Virus record (IMG/VR): IMGVR_UViG_3300009314_000007
Span: 43,337-107,336 of that record
From: a virus
Direction: 5' to 3' (one strand)
Length of the DNA stretch: 64,000 nt
In this document: positions 63,901 through 64,000 of the stretch, in pieces
Numbering within the stretch: position 1 is the stretch's first letter
Layout: each line of letters opens with the position of its first letter
Notes under the pieces: generated by a model
What the model was told of the DNA's origin: nothing
Seen by the model: only the letters and a program-made list of their open reading frames with translations
The model's database searches: none
Program-made: the position numbers and the translations under genes

Positions 63901-64000
63901 GTTGCAGCGCCACTTGTCGGGGGTGCTGCCGTGTACGGCGGAGCGGATGCGGCGGTCGGTGCCGGGATGGATGCTGGGAACCAAGTGATAGATCGCACCG
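60970..64000 (+). CDS. large (>1000 aa) Gly/Ala-rich protein, 3'-truncated; probable internal virion/ejection protein (absent from ORF track)
   Basis: Frame from ATG 60970 appears open to window end by manual reading; glycine-zipper hydrophobic segments; recurrent KxA. Confidence 0.75.
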   Translation, partial: MSRLLGGMGSPLGTPGMGSAAVTGQAAGSPAAGVNGQQAAGPGQGGAATAENVQAELPQAQQAAGMAAPPAAPLPPPAPGAANQMDPSQLAPPAQGGTPGFTANSQGMQVYPPGQGPVTEQVLPQHMMGPITPQSPLKMGSGLVSEGSVESGRASKRSAGRPGRFGSRKAAHGLVRDRQTLLRLEDGLFVTAMEDKMAKTCQDRQDGPRISSKFAFSGATRPPALPDVTDSPAFEMSLLPYGREKAAVIVPLALGGAAGGTLGAATAPSGSRFEGAGRGMTVGAGTVGGMYGGSALGKVLGRMAAQGLRMDPATAARLGELIGATGGGIAGFKGTRALTKDKDDEKRAWVAGVLGLLAAHPVTFEKEAKEAAIGSHGVPLVSTSPAMQRSTAGEGDISGLKVAPWSVNGADAWKGIAQHQPSGGGKGQTAFGGVMAPQVERDNPPVKGYKSAAQLRAVAVTLPEGKYRQDMVKIAALVESGEDLAMALHDVKGIDHKHAAYQAHIWRERLSNLRARRDPDGISEQPFDKQAKVHPFRPLNEDPEFQADPDYRAYAEYVLSRKKKAELGDRASDFATKVIEGGKGLVQKAVKHPAAKYGLPVAGAAAGLGINELLRTLAEKKTRRETDPDQVTGDRWLWGGAGAALGAAPLVAPYVTQGLDKLKTAESNNVSVIPDAEFDKMSSFCLAFVKRAEQEGWDDETIVKAAVVASEFDEIVAEELEPLTKFARGGLLRGIGSGVQKFLFRGGGGRAVTGATSSRGAKPLASMLSRQTAQQGTSMTKLPSILKGTAPGAATMGGKAKQTANVLWNNPVTSAVARPAAGYVGGQTAARGANVLGADIDPHRAGLVGAAGMGATTPLARASFRRGAHIARPVTQAYGNLRTPFQGAAEGYALGHGLRAATGDESIDPTRWAMGGAMARPAMSWAGPRMKGLIPTRLRERMATSQSGRYLQGKLRPNAPFASIRNLIGKRVGQVGGVAAPLVGGAAVYGGADAAVGAGMDAGNQVIDRT
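62970..62983. repeat. dispersed palindrome copy 7 (CAATAACGTTAGTG), mid-CDS
   Basis: Exact reverse complement of copy 2. Confidence 0.85.

Noticed and set aside
1-64000. Long minus-strand ORFs (e.g. 15806-17548, 41017-42804, 17575-18876, 38125-39198)
   Set aside because: They are antisense shadows of well-supported + strand genes in GC-rich DNA and show no recognisable motifs
1-64000. Stop-codon reassignment
   Set aside because: Genes tile the window in the standard code and TAA, TAG and TGA all end coupled genes

Overview
GC-rich (about 60% by eye), densely coded segment of a large tailed dsDNA phage (jumbo-phage-like). Essentially every credible gene is on the + strand and uses the standard genetic code. 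No rRNA, tRNA, integrase, IS element or CRISPR array was found by eye. Left part (0-24.5 kb), replication/recombination: HNH, PD-(D/E)xK nuclease, Mre11/SbcD, Rad50/SbcC, an IS110/Tas-like Nop-domain protein, a standalone RAMP (Cas7-like) protein, SF2 helicase, DnaB-like helicase, primase, UDG-PolA fusion, a highly acidic SSB-like protein, divergent RecA, DUF932-like protein and a ParB/DUF1016-like HTH protein with a histone-H1-like tail. Middle (24.5-43 kb), accessory genes: GT2, HNH, NUDIX, DEDDh exonuclease, RuvC-like resolvase, sigma-region-4 protein, DNA MTase, and a protein with RNAP beta'-like SBHM repeats. Right (43-64 kb): probable portal, two paralogous dual-HNH homing endonucleases, a glycosyltransferase cluster, a tubulin/FtsZ-family GTPase, a SAM methyltransferase and the start of probable virion proteins. 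Main unexplained signals: (1) seven copies of a parS-like 14-bp palindrome CA(A/C)TAACGTTA(T/G/A)TG spaced about 10 kb apart regardless of gene boundaries, in a genome that also encodes a ParB-like DNA-binding protein and a tubulin; (2) a Nop-domain gene, RAMP gene, structured spacer and helicase in tandem, suggestive of an RNA-associated system; (3) a shared KKKVVKKKVV(R/K)K tag on four unrelated proteins. All family assignments come from manual motif recognition, not database searches.
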